Of a stretch of 64,000 bases of DNA, positions 41,310 to 54,571 are shown one piece after another (the stretch's first letter is position 1; the number at the start of each line of letters is the position of its first letter). The notes under the pieces are model-generated. The model did not search any database, was not told the DNA's origin, and saw nothing but the letters and a program-made list of their open reading frames with translations. The translations under genes and the position numbers were made by a program. The stretch is from positions 118,916,001 to 118,980,000 of the forward strand of contig OZ024742.1 in the NCBI GenBank assembly GCA_964016885.1. Direction: 5' to 3'. The stretch is from Eledone cirrhosa (lineage: Eukaryota).

Positions 41310-42200
41310 AAAATGAAAGGCAGATTGTACGATGCCTGCATACGAACAGCAATGTTGCATGGCAGTGAGACCTGGGCATTGTGTGCAGAGGATATACGCA
41401 GACTAGAGAGGAACGAAGCTTGCATGCTCCGCTGGATGTGTAACAGTAATATATGTGAACGGCAAAGCATAAACGAACTAAGGAAAAAATTAGAGATAAG
41501 ATGGATCAGATGTTGTTTACTCGAGAGAAGGCTACGTTGGTATGGACACGTGATGCGTATGAAGGATGATAGCTGTATAACAAAGTGCAGGGCAATGGGG
41601 ATGGACGGTGGCCGCGGAATAGGCAGACCCAGAAAAACCTGGGACGAGCTGATAAACTCCGACCTCACACACTTACACCTCTCCAAGACAATGTCACTGG
41701 ACCGAGACCTTTGGCGGTACTCAGTAACAGAGAAGACCCGCCTTACCACCGAGACCTTTGGCGGTACTCAGTAACAGAGAAGACCCGCCTTACCTAAATA
41801 TATAGTAAAACCTACTCCAGCCAGTAGGCATCTCTAACAAAATACACCCCGTCCCACCCCCACCACCCCCACCCCATCCACACCACCCCGTTCTATGTAA
41901 AGTTATGTTGGTGCCGCGCCATCCAGGCCGAAACAAATGAGATCGTGTAGGTGTCACGACAAAAAACACACAGTCCACGCTGTAATGTGGCCGTGTAGGC
42001 AACACGGTAAAAACCTCCCAGACCCACACTGTAAATGTGGTTGGTGTTAGGAAGGGCATCCAACTGTAGAAAACCTGCCAGACAGTCCTATGCGAGCAAG
42101 ACAATCACTCTTGCCTCAAGTGGGACTACCCCCGTCCAAACCCATGCAAGCGTGGAACACGGACGTTAAACGTTGATGATGATGATGATGATGATGATGA
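41310..42200 (+). mobile_element. 5'-truncated RTE LINE with intact 3' ORF end, 3' UTR and (GAT)n tail
   Basis: 'KMKGRLYDACIRTAMLHGSETW..RRLRWYGHVMR..GRPRKTW'; 47-bp tandem duplication 41701-41794; ends GGACGTTAAACGTT(GAT)n. Confidence 0.93.
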
Positions 42201-42773
42201 TATATATATATATATACACACACAGAAATATATGGGCATTTCTCTGTTTGTCTGTCTGTCTGTCTGTCCTTCCCTAAAACTCAAATGTAGGTGCTACAGA
42301 AATATTACCTTCCACTTCCTTTCTCCACTTTGGTACTACCAAGAGAAACACTGTCGCTATAGAAACATTACCTTCCCCTCTCCACTGACTTTGGTCACTG
42401 AGGCCGAGAGAATCGCTGGTTGCTATAGAGACACCTTGCACAAGCCAGAAGTAACCAGTTCGAGGCGGTTCTGACTTGACACCATGCCAAGGACCATTTG
42501 AAGATATATTTCCATCGTTATATCATAACGTTTATGTATCATAACGTTTATATTTCCGTCACTAATCTCTTTTTCTCCTTTTTCGTTTTAACATATATTT
42601 ATTTCAAAGATTTCACCGTATAGATAACATATATATTTATACATGCATAAAAGATACACCGAGAGACGGTGAACATGTGGTGCCGAAAACATTTCTCATC
42701 CAAATCTCAACAATATCAGTGTTTACACTAGATTTGCTAGCAGAAAACCGCCAACCGGGTGGTTTTCTGCTAG

Positions 42774-43081
42774 TCTATATATATAAAACTGAGGATGTCT
42801 GTCTGTGTGTGTGTGAGTTTGAATCCCTAAAACTAGAGAACCACCCAACCGACTGTTTTCAAACTTTACACATGTAATACTTATGTTTCAGGGAGTGTTC
42901 TGAGCACAAAAAATTTCAAATTTTCAATGTCCTAGGGACCGCATTAGGCGATTTAGCAATCTCTCTCTATAATTCTTAGTCTTTCTCTTTTTAGATAGAT
43001 ACATACATATAACGTCGCGCCCTTATAATATCTGTCTGTATGTCTGGCTGTCTGCATTACGTCACTTCCCTTAGGATGTCT

Positions 43082-43112
<31 letters not shown>

Positions 43113-43714
43113 AGTTTGAATCCCTAAAACTCGAGAAGTACCCAACCGATTTTTTTCAGACTTTACATGTGTATTACTTATGTTTCAGGAAGTGTTATGC
43201 ACATAAAAAAATTCAACTTTTTAAAATCTCCTAGGGCTCGCATTAGGGGAAAAACTGCGTTTTTAAAGATTTTTAGGGGTTTTTTGAGGCGTTACGTCTG
43301 ATCGATTTCCTTGAAATTGTAACTATGTATTAGTCAGTCTCTTCTTCATACCGTCAGCAAAGAAAATCCAACTTTCTTATGGCCTAGGGGCCGCATTAGG
43401 TGAAAAACTTCATTTTTTCAGCTTCTTAGGGCTTTTTGGAGGCTTTACGTCTAGCCGATTTTCCCGAAATTTAAAGGCATATTATGCGCATAAAAAAAAA
43501 ATTCATTTTCTTGATCCCCTAGGGCCGGCATTAGGTGAAAACCTGCATTTTTCCTGCTTCTTCGAGGAAAATGTTAAAGATTATCCAGCCATCAGAGTAT
43601 TCGGTTTATTTTCTTTACATATTGTCCAGGCATGCAGTTTTTCCACAATTAGGTCTGTTGGCGGTCCGCGTTCCAAAATACCTTAACCCGTGCAACGCCG
43701 GGTACCACTGCTAG
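42774..43714 (+). mobile_element. Non-autonomous Helitron B
   Basis: Starts TCTATATATATAAAA; ends ACCCGTGCAACGCCGGGT hairpin + CTAG followed by host T; internal repeats CTAGGG..GCATTAGG. Confidence 0.85.
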
Positions 43715-45265
43715 TTATATATATTTCAAAGGTATTGTGTTGTTTTTTTTCAGTACGTCCTCATCAGACAAAATATATTATTTGAAATATGACATACCAC
43801 TACGGTCTTGATTATTCAATTCCAATATTGGCAGTGATTTATTTCATCAAATCTCAACGTTTATATACCACAAATAATATGATAAACTTAAAGAACAAAA
43901 GGACGTTGAGCAAATTAGAGATATAAGAGAGGGTGTAAAGAAGAGGAAAGGTAAGAAAAAAAAAAAAATATTGTATATAAATAAATAAAGACCGTATAAA
44001 AATAAATAATGACCGTAGCGGTATGTCATATATCAAATCATATATTTTGTCTGATGAGGACGTACTGAAAAAAAAAACACAGTACCTTTGAAATATATAT
44101 AATAAAGTATATATTTTGATTATGAGAATATTTTTCATTTGTTAATATTTTGAATAATATTAAAAACTCCAGGAAAAATCTTGTTGAGTGCTTCTAATCT
44201 ATTGTAAAATTGTATTCATTGAGTAATCAACGAACCATACTAATCTTTGGTTATAATATGTATGTGTTTGTGAGTGCGTGTGTGTGTAAAGCAAGGTTTT
44301 GTATGATAGAACCAATAGCAGTTTAATGTCAAAGGGGTTAATATATTAACATTATAGTAGTTATGTGAGCAAGTTCTCAGTATCTGAAGCCTACATTTCA
44401 ATACTAGTTGGAATCATTCACTTGATCGCTACCATTCATCTCTATAACCTTTCCATTAAAATTCAGGTTTCCTGTCAATATAAATCCATAATTTTCTTTT
44501 TATAATGGAAAGAAAAAAAATACTATACCATGGTTTTCAGTTAACATTTACCTTTATTTACAGATGTATAAAAATTTGGAAATGTAAGAATCCCAAACAC
44601 AGAAAAATAACTGCAATAGTAGTTGTTCACTATAGATAATAGCTGAGAAAATAAGGTACATCCACTCCCAGAAACAGAAAAAAAGTGGCCAGGGGTGCCT
44701 ACAAAGAATTGAACCTCATATCTATTGAATACAAATGCATATTTCTATCTTTTATTAGTTTTCATTTTGCATGTTAGTCTTCAGTCTATTATTTGGAGAA
44801 TGTTTTGCTTAGTAACCTTGTGGCAAGGTGAGACTAATACATTCTCAATTGTTATTTGAAATCATTTAACTTCATGGCTAATATACTCTAGAGCAGAGGT
44901 TTTCAAAGTGGGTGCTACTGCCCCCCCCCCCCCCCTTCGTGGGATCCCAGGGGCGCTGGGGCCTAAGGGGGCAGTAGAGATTATATAATACTGTACTATA
45001 TTAAATATCAAATGATACACATTATATATAATTATAGTAAAATAAAATAAATATTTATTTATACATAGTATATATTATCTTATATCTACCTATCGAGATA
45101 GAGGAAGTTGTGTACCAGTCGCGCTGGTAAGTTTTTGTCTTTTTATTTATAAAAAACAAAAATTTTTGTTTAAAAAAATATACTGCTGGAAAGATTGACC
45201 CTCCGACTAAATTGTCAGTGGGTGGGTCATTGAAATTTTCAGATAATTTATAACAAATTGTTTTT

Positions 45266-45780
45266 AGGCGTACAACCAAGCGCATACCCTCCATCAGGCA
45301 TCTACCATACTCTGAACGCCTTGCTTCCCTGGGCATGGATACATTGAAGCTCCGACGCCTGGCAACTGACTTGGTAAACACCCACAAAATTGTTAACCAT
45401 CTTGCCAACAACAACCCTGAGCACCTTTTTGATTTCCATGTGTCTAACACACGTGGACATGCCCACAAAGTCAGAAAACAGCACAGTTCCCATGACTTTC
45501 GGAAACATTTTTTCACGCTCAGAGTTGCTCAAGCATGGAACAAACTATCTGCATCAGTTGTTAGCTGTCGAGACACTGCATCCTTTAAAACCTCCATGCT
45601 TCCCGAGATTCGTCAACACTACACCTAATATTCCCCTTCCATACACATACACACATGTATATCATGACTCATACACTATTCACTTCCCTGACATTTGTAT
45701 ATTATTCTATGTACTATACATGCACCTTTGACGAGTTGTAGTGCACCTGTGCACTTTACACAATAATTTCATTATTATTA
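45266..45780 (+). mobile_element. CR1-like LINE 3' fragment
   Basis: 'RRL..DL....KI', 'TRGH..K', 'RKHFFTLRV...WNKL'; (ATT)n tail. Confidence 0.88.
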
Positions 45781-46127
45781 CTAGCTGACGTACCCGGCTT
45801 CGCCCGGGTAATCAGATGATAAGAGAAGACAGGTAAAAGAGAAAATGACTGTATTGGATGTTTGTCTGGTTACAGTATGAGGCGAGTCCGTGGTGTTGTG
45901 TAATACCAAAAACAGTAAAAAAAATCTTCCAGATATACCAGACTCTTCCTTATATCGTTTGTGCATAGTATATGAACAATTCTAGGTGCTCCCACCTAGA
46001 ATAGTGACATCTAGCAGATGGTTCATCTTCTGCCTAACTGTAAAACGTGTATCATTGCATAAGACGTGATTGTTCCACGTTTCTCAAAAGGATGATGGAA
46101 GTTCCAATCTTTTATATTATATGTAGA
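45781..46127 (-). mobile_element. Short non-autonomous Helitron / Helitron 3' terminus
   Basis: Minus strand: A|TCTACATATAATATAAAA ... TACCCGGGCGAAGCCGGGTA hairpin, CAGCTAG|T. Confidence 0.85.
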
Positions 46128-46140
46128 TATAGATATAGAT

Positions 46141-49100
46141 AATTAATATAAAAGATGTCCGTCAATGTAAAAAAGGTCCCTATTTACTTGAAATGGTTTA
46201 TACAAATGCCAAGTTAATATGGATATGGATAACATGCTTATCTATAAGTGGTCAGCTATAATAATAAAACAACAAATTATATGACACAAAAATTTATTCA
46301 GTAATTTCCAGGCTCTTAGCCACTGAGTAATAGACAGTCAATGTTGCCCAGAGTTCAACTTGGGGAGGTGGCCTGGTTTGAACTCCAAATGGCGGATCCT
46401 TCTACTTCGAAAATAGAATCGTTTTTCAATATTACTCTATAGGATCCAACCTTTTTGCCAGACTCAGCATATGATGAGGTTTTATTACCACCGCAATCAG
46501 AAGCGATAAATTTGAAGGCAATTTCTACCAATACTTGTTGGTTTTTATTGCTCATTATCGACAATAAATGACATTGAACAGAAATGATAACTCTGTCAAA
46601 GCTCACAATACTGATCAAAGCACACCAATGTCTGAATCATTTACGTCGAATATTCATAGCAGTGAAGGCAATTTCTACCAATACTTGTTGGTATTTATTG
46701 CGCAACATAGCAGTGAAAGCAATTTTTACCAATACTTGTTTGCTTTTATTGATCATAATGACATTAAATGACATTGAACATAAATGATAACTCTGTCAAA
46801 GCTCACAATACTGATGACAGGACACCAATGTCCGAATCATTTACGTCACTTATTGATAGCATTAAAGATATGTATACATCAGCTCAAAGCTTCATTATAG
46901 ACAATATTCAGGGTTGTTCCTCTGTTAGTGGTATCAATTGCAAATGTTATACAATCAGGATCGCACACTCGAGATACAGCAACATACAGTTACCCATGGC
47001 TGACTGCTGGATCATTCAAGTAGACACCGACTCGCTTGAAAGTCTGTCCCTGTGCCTTGTTGACAGTCATGGAGAAAGTCAAATTGACAGGAAACTGTCT
47101 CCTTTGCCAAATGAATGGCAGGAGATCCTCGGAATGAGAACCAATTCCTCTCTGCATGGGAGTTTAGCTTCTAAAACTCTTCCGTTAATCAATCTCTCAA
47201 CAATCAATCTAGTACCATTGCAAAGACCCATTTTATGATTGATATTTCTAAGCAATATAATCGGCATACCCTTTTTCAACCTCAAAATATGTGGGGGAAA
47301 TCCGGGTATTTGAAGTGAATTCAGATACTCAGTGGGAACATCCATATTGTTCTGCTGATTAAGCTCCATTGCATCCACACTGACGGTCAACCATTCCTCC
47401 CCAGGAAACATTCCGGTTACTTGTGAATTTATTTCATCGACCGTTGCATTCGTATGAGTTAGAATAACGCGTTCCGATATCCAGGAGATATTCTGCCAAA
47501 AAGCATTCAAATTAGGGAACACCCTGTCAATCAATGCTTGGCGGTCCTGTGGCATGACCAAATGGTCTGGGATTCTTACAGTCTGATTATCACCAACGTG
47601 TGGCAATTCATCATTTCCCATCTGCATTAACCATCGGCTGTATGTCTCAGCCTCTTCGTTTTGCCCGAATATACGAAGTCGCATATTATCGTGTAATCGC
47701 AAAACTCTGAAATGGCGTCACAATGGAGACCTTTTCAGACATGCATCGACAATTTGCGCTCTTTGAGCATTCCTAACAATCGGTAGCACCTGTCTGAAAT
47801 CGCCACCAAGAACGATAGTCTTACCACCAAATGGCAGATCACTACTGCAGATATCTCTCAAAGTTCTGTCCAATGCCCCCAGCAAATATCTGTGTGCCAT
47901 CCATTGGAGCATCGTCCCAAATAATCAGAGACATATTGCGTATAAGGCCCCCGAGTTCACTTTGTCCTGTAATGTTACAGACACTCAACTCATCCGGAGC
48001 CAATGGAGCCTTGAAGCATGAGTGGAAGGTCCTTCCACCACTCAGCAAAGTGGACGCGATCCCACTGGTGGCCACAGGGAGAGCAATCTTCCTCTGAGCT
48101 CTGACTGCCGATAACATAGTGTTGAAACAGAATGTCTTTCCGGTGCCTCCTGAAGCATCTATGAAAGCACAAAGCTGCTCATTAGTGGAAATCGAGTGGA
48201 GAACGCCATCGACCAATTCTCTCTGAGATTGGGTCAACATTGGCATACGTTAATCCACAATACGTTGCTGTTCCAGTGGATCAAAGTGGAATAGTTCCCT
48301 CCGATCGAGTGGCAACTGTCTAAGCTGCAATCTCATGTTCAATGCTAAGACACGTTACCGCATTTCTTCATCAGGAATTGGCAAATTGAAATCTGTTAAA
48401 CATTTGAAATGAACAGTTGCTCAATATTGAGCAAAACAATAGCTTTCATCAAATTTTCATCATCGACCTGAAGATGATGCCTAAAATCATCAGCGATAAT
48501 TCCCCAATGGCGTTCAAATAATTCTCTTGGATCGGCAGGATTGCAGAATCCTAGAATCGTGACAAACAACTGCCTTATTTGAGCTGGCATAAGTGTTGTT
48601 CCTGCAGCTTCCATGGCGTCATCCTGAAGGAGTCCCAGATGCTGACACACAGCCTGGTATGTTTCATATTCCACGCCATTGATTGTTTTCAAATCAGCGA
48701 AGCTCTGTTTACCTCTCGAAAAATCATTATGCAACAGAATTCTGAGATAAAACACATCACCAGATGCTGGATGGACGTTACAAACCCGTCCAATAGTCAT
48801 GAATCTCAACTTTTGTTTTCTATCATTCCATTTCTTTCCCTTCTTATCCCACGTATAGGGAGAAGGGAAATCGCAGTTAGAGTTGCCTTTGATCCGGGTT
48901 CAAAGCATGTTCCCTATTATGCTTGAACCACTCTGTCAATTCCATCTTAGGAGGTGGTGCGTCAGCCTATTCTCTAAGTGAACCGTCAGTTTCTGAACGC
49001 TGGGTTTGCGTTCATTGAAATCAAAATCGAACAATCTCCAATCGAGCGAACATCCTGGAACTTGCCAACTTCATATCCTTGGTTCGCTTCCTCATTCCTG

Positions 49101-51620
49101 ACATTTATCATTGCCCGATCATGACCTTTGTAAACATATTTGAATATATATTTGCAAGCTTTCACTGAGCTACAAATTTCCACATTAATATGACAACGAT
49201 ATTTCATAATCAAATATGGATTGTATGGCACAACCCATTGATTTGTAACCTGTCAACCATTTACATTTTCGACCGCCATCTGCAGGCGACCGTCTTCTGT
49301 ATGAGGGATGAGCATCCCCATCGTTCCAGGAAGTGTTCGTGACAAAAGATTTCGGAAATTGTTTACTGCATTGGCCATTTTTCATGCAAGGCGCTTTCCG
49401 ATTTGCCACTCCGCATTGGTTGTGCACCATTGACTTTGCCACCAAGTTTCGTAATGCCTCATTCTCCGGCAGTTCAGCACACACAATGCTGTCGACATCC
49501 TCAGCACATCTCAATTTGCAATCTCTATGTAAAATGATCAGCAAATGTGCATGTGGCAATCCTCTTTTTTGGAATTCAATTACGTATGTAAAAGCAACTA
49601 TATCTCCAAAGATTCCCTCTTTTTCTACATCATCCATTATCTTTTTCAGATATCCTTTGAATACTCTTGCCACAATATCAGGACGGACCTTTGGCTGTTG
49701 TCCTGGCAAAACTGCATCCTTAATATCAGTCCATTCAGGATTGCATGTAACCGTTATAAACAAATCTGGCTTTCCAAACTTTCTGACAATAGCCATTGAA
49801 TCCTGATAGCGAATGTTCATATATCTCGGGCCGCCGATGAACGACGATGGCAAAATGATCCGTCGACCAATTTGCTTGTAATTGGCTTCATCGGCTGTTA
49901 TCGAATCCTGTATATTATTATACAATTCAGCTCTAATATGTTGCTGATGTGTAGCTATATAATTTAGCCTTTGATTTTCGATCTTTGTGAATGCCATACA
50001 ACAGTATTCCTGGAACAATCTGCTGGCTTGAAATAGTGCATTTCTCTGTTGATTCCTCTCGTTCAAATGGAACGCGTAAAAGTCGCGAATCGAATTATTG
50101 TGTCTATTGCCGCCTCCCTGTTGATGCTGATTCTCATGATCATCTAAATGAACAGACATGTTCCATCCATTTTCACTTTTTGGGAATAAAAGAACATAAT
50201 GCAATGGATCGTATGCCCTATTTGACTCATTGATAGTCTTGAGACCACCATCTCTGCGATTGAGGACGATATCTCTCGATCCAGGCTTATCGTCCATCAA
50301 CACAGCAACTTCACGAAATCCTTCAGGGGCATTATATCGCCGTTCGTGTTGATTCCTTGGCACTGCGTCAGCTTTAATCACAAATGTTTGCTGCTGAACA
50401 TTTTGCAGTTCAGCCACCAACATGAAATCCATAACATAAAGATTACAGTCTAAGCCATGATTGCAAATCACGGATCAAATCACTTAACCTTTGTCGTTCA
50501 AGTTCAGTTATATTTCCCGGCAACTTCATCCAACCGATCCTGATATCCTCCTCCGATTGACTATAATCTGGATCGTTAACGTAAATTTTAGCGAATCGAG
50601 GCCTCTCTCCTGGGGTAATTTCTAAATTACCGATTCAATGATACAAACGATCTTGAATGACTACATTCGGTTGCCATGCTCTACTCTCAAACATCTCACT
50701 AACTCTCTGCGATGCTAAAGCTAACGAATTGTTAATTTGCCGCGAATATTTGCGCAGTAATCTACCTCGGTCTCCTTGATCATACCACATACTTAGTATT
50801 TTAAACTCCGGTGACTCCTCATCATCCGGCATTCGCAAAGGTTCTAGTTGAACTGCTCTTTATGACAGCACATTGTGGTCCACGTCTTTTCGTGCCTCCA
50901 AAGCAATGCTCCACAATGTGGACACTCTGCTTGTCCACCAATCTGAAAATGACACGGTTGTCATGATCCATTTTTAATATCATCCGTTCGCCTTCTAGCC
51001 TCTTTACTGGAATGAGGAGAACTTTGGCGACACATTCTCTGAACTTCTGTATTGCGCTGGCGCTGTTCAGCCAGATCCTCTTCATCCATCGCAGAACGCC
51101 GTTGCTGCTGAATTCTAGCCATCTGCTGATGATGCTCAGCCAGTTCGTCTTCAACCATCGCAGCACGCCGTCGCTGCTTGGCTCCAGTGTTTCGTTGGCG
51201 TTGTTCAGCCAGCTCCTCTTCATTCATGGCGGCACGTCTTCGCTTCTGAAGTTCGGCGTTCCGATGGCGCTGTTGGGCCCGTTTTTCATCATTCCTGGCT
51301 GCACGCCGTCGCCACTGTAGTTCACTGTTTGATAAAGTCGAATTGCTTTTATTATCAGTATTCATTTCGAGCAATTGTCAAAAAATGACACAATAATAAA
51401 TATAAAAGATGTCCGTCAATGTAAAAAAACGTCCCTATTTACTCCCTTCACAACTCTGTGTGTGTTAGACTGACAGACAGATAAACTGCGTGGCGATTGT
51501 GGAACGCCCCACGTACACACATGGAAACGCGCACACGCACGCACTTACACTTACTCACACATGTTGATAGTTTTTACTTTCTGTGGAACGCTGCACGCAC
51601 GCACACACTCACACAAACAA
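46141..51620 (-). mobile_element. Decayed autonomous-type Helitron (Rep + PIF1-like helicase), several frameshifts and stops
   Basis: Rep: 'GKPDLFITVTCNPEW', HUH 'EFQKRGLPHAH', 'KYIFKYVYKG'. Helicase: 'GGTGKTF', 'IIWDDAPM', 'GGDFRQVLP', 'LLRN....GLCNGTRL', 'QGQT...G..L', 'LYVAVSR'. ORFs span 47079-51374. Confidence 0.95.
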
Positions 51621-54175
51621 TTAAGCTAGTGTTTGGAACCTAACTTAACAAAGGTTCTTACACTAAATTTTGATATATAAATGTGTTCTTGAGATAATCA
51701 TTTTATATCGACTTTCCATGCTGGCATGGGTTGTCATGGGTCCAAACCAGTTCTCATTCTTAGTTACTATCCTCTTCAATGGGTTAAAGGATCATGTCTC
51801 GTGTGTTTCACTGGATTGTGATTTTATGGTTTCTACAGCTGAACGACCTTCTAAATATCAACCACTTTACAGAGTGTACCTGGAGCATTTTATAACACCA
51901 GCTCTAGAGGGGTTGCCTTGTCCATTGAAGACTAAAGAATCCTCACTAATCTAAGCGGTATGTTCATTAACCCTTTAGCATTTAAACTGGCCATAATTCT
52001 CTCACCTTTCTGTTCAAACTGGCCATAACCAGCTGTTCATACTGATGTTAAGGAATTGTTCTCAAAAGAAATATCAACATTTCATAGATTCAATATTATG
52101 TGAGATAATTATGTGAGGTAAAGTCTTTACTGTGAAAATACAATAGTATATATAATGTAAATGCTAAAAGGGTGAAAGACATTAGTAAGATGGTGAAATA
52201 AGAGAGGTGACGGGAGGAGAACCAAAAGAAGAGAGAATGGGTGAATGAGTTGAGAGGGTGATAAAGGAAGGAGAAATGGAAAAGAAACGGTTTTGGCAGA
52301 TTCATGTTTGTTGGTAAGAGGATTAAACAGAAAGACAGCCTGAGTAGTATGATGAGGAAAAGAGTGAGGGTAGTGGGGGAGACAGGGTGATGGAACAAAG
52401 AATAATAAAAGTGAGTGAGATTGATGAGAGAATGATATATGTCAATGTGTGGTAGGGGAGGAGGACTTAAGGGAGTGATGGATAGAAATAATTGTTTCTA
52501 ATATAGGCACAAGGCCTGAAATTTTAGAGGGGAAAGTCAATTAAATTTATTGGTACTTTATTTTATCTAGTATGAAAGGATGAAAGTCAAAGTTGGCCTC
52601 AGATTGATTTGAATTCATAACAAAGAACTGCAATAAATACTGCTAAGTATTTGTCTGACACTAACAATACCACCAATCTACCGACCTGATAGATAGAAAT
52701 AATTGTTTCTACTTTTGGCACAAGGCCAGTAATTACCCAGTGCATTTGGGCAATGTTAAGTGAGAGAGAGAGATTCTTATTAATAATGAGCTGAGGGAAG
52801 AGAGAGATTAGTGGCTAGCAGTACAGAAGTAGGTGGTAAGAGTTATTGAATATAAAAGATCTGATATATCCTCATAACACACATGGTGTGGTACAGTGAA
52901 GAGATTGCCAGATAAGAGTAAAATAGATGGTAGGGGGCCTCCAGCATCCATTTATGCCATAGTTGCACAGGTCTCCTTCAACATTGAATGTTACTACTTG
53001 TTGCAGTTGTTTGTCATCTGAGGTTCAGCAATTTCAGATCAGTCCACATTATTTCATTCCATGTCTTCTGCTTCCACAGGTTCCATCCAATGTGGGCACT
53101 AAGTCTTTAATACAACTTACCTCCTTCATACTCACCACATGCCTGTACCAGCACAGTCTTGCACACTACATCTCATTCTTCGTTTACCCAGCTTTTCTCT
53201 CATTCATACATGCTAACTTTACTCATCCAGCAAAGCATGCTTGCTTCATTTCTTTCTAGTATTCATAAATCCTGTTCAAGGCTCATGCTTCACTAATCTG
53301 CAGCAACACTACAAAAGCATCATATAATCTGTTCTCCTCCGAGAGATATCATGTGTTACCTAGTAGAAGCAGCAGCTCCTGAAGACTTTTCCCACCCCAT
53401 TCATACTTTGACTACTATGTTGTCTGAACACCTGCTAATTAAGCCACCTAAGCAACAAAAGTAGACAGCATCCTCTAGAGAGCTTTGTACTTTTACTGCA
53501 AACATGAGATACAGCATACACAAAAAAATGATGAATCTAGTATATTAAAGTAAAGAATCAAAATGTTAAAAGTTCCTTTTTTAGGTTCAAGATTAAAAGA
53601 ATGGACATTAACAGCTGACTTAACACTTTAATGTTCAAACCAGCCCAAATTCTCTACCTCTTTCTGTTGAAACTGACTGTAACCAGTTGCTCAAACTGAT
53701 GTTAAGGTATTGTTCTCAAAATAAATACTTTCAAAATCTCATAGATTCGATATTATGTGAGGTAAAGCCTTTACCATGAAAATATAATAGTATATATAGA
53801 GTAATGTAAATGCTAAAGGGTTAAGTTGTACCAGGAGGTAAAAGAACCAAAGTATTTCTGGAAAGAACCATCTACAACTTATATCTTTTTCCAAAATAGT
53901 ATTTTTGATACCATTAACTACATTATCATTTTATGCTTTCTTTCCATGTTGGACAGGTTGTCATGGTTTGAGAGATAATGGGTCAGAGAACCCAGTCTTT
54001 TTCAAACATACCATATTTTGGCATGGCTTCAATGCCTGGATGTCCTTCCTAATGCCAAGCACTTTATAGAGTGTATTGGGTGAATTTTATTGTAGCACCA
54101 GCACTACTACTTTACAAAGTGTACTGAGTGCATTTTATCGTGGGTATAAAAAAAGAACAGGTAGGAAATGACAAT

Positions 54176-54181
54176 TTTATT
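54176..54181 (-). terminator. Candidate polyadenylation signal (AATAAA) for PRPF39
   Basis: AATAAA on the minus strand about 320 nt downstream of the stop, just before repeat-derived sequence begins. Confidence 0.4.
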
Positions 54182-54499
54182 TACTCTAAACTTTAGTATA
54201 AGCATAATATAACTAAATACATACAAAGCTTTATCAACCTGGCAATAATATTTAACAATATTAACAAATTAAATAACCAGTAGTAACTCAAGTGAAATCA
54301 AAATTATTTTTCAATTAACAACAAACAAGGTTTTGGTCACGTTTTAGAAATTGAATTTAATACAAATGAAAATGAATTTGCTGTGATGAGCAGGAGATAA
54401 GAGAGATGTAAAAAGTTAGGCAGGAATTGAAGAGTTGGAGGACTATAAATACAGGCAATGATTCAGGAAGTCCATAGTTATAAATATCTAGTTTGACAT

Positions 54500-54571
54500 C
54501 TAGGACGGGTAATACTGATTATTATATGACGACCAATGAGGATGTGGATAGCCTCCATAACTGGCTGCATT
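54500..54571 (-). CDS. PRPF39: PRPF39 terminal coding exon, NAASYGGYPHPHWSSYNNQYYPS*
   Basis: TATTTTCAG acceptor, in phase with the previous exon, ends in TAG; resembles the 'W.YGQYYP' C-terminus of PRPF39. Confidence 0.82.
   Translation of the reverse strand, partial: NAASYGGYPHPHWSSYNNQYYPS

Larger units (their letters stand above)
39889..42773 (+). mobile_element. Non-autonomous Helitron A carrying later insertions (SINE, RTE, minisatellite)
   Basis: 5' TC after host A; 3' hairpin AGAAAACCGCC..GGTGGTTTTCT followed by CTAG at 42770-42773. Confidence 0.75.
39832..44160. mobile_element. Long-TIR MITE (about 150-bp TIRs) split by a nested Helitron cluster
   Basis: Left TIR = 39832-39888 plus 43715-43808; reverse complement of right TIR 44010-44160. 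Confidence 0.8.

Noticed and set aside
39872-41379. Many Y/I/C/H/T-rich ORFs
   Set aside because: Translations of (TA)n/(CA)n palindromic repeats.
44890-45000. Possible hAT-type MITE left end (CAGAGGTTTTCAAAGTGGG)
   Set aside because: No matching right TIR or 8-bp TSD could be located.
47079-48246. Host PIF1 helicase gene
   Set aside because: Intronless, frameshifted and directly downstream of a HUH Rep domain, so it is Helitron-encoded.
49333-51320. Plus-strand ORFs over the Helitron
   Set aside because: Antisense shadows of the Rep coding region with no independent motifs.
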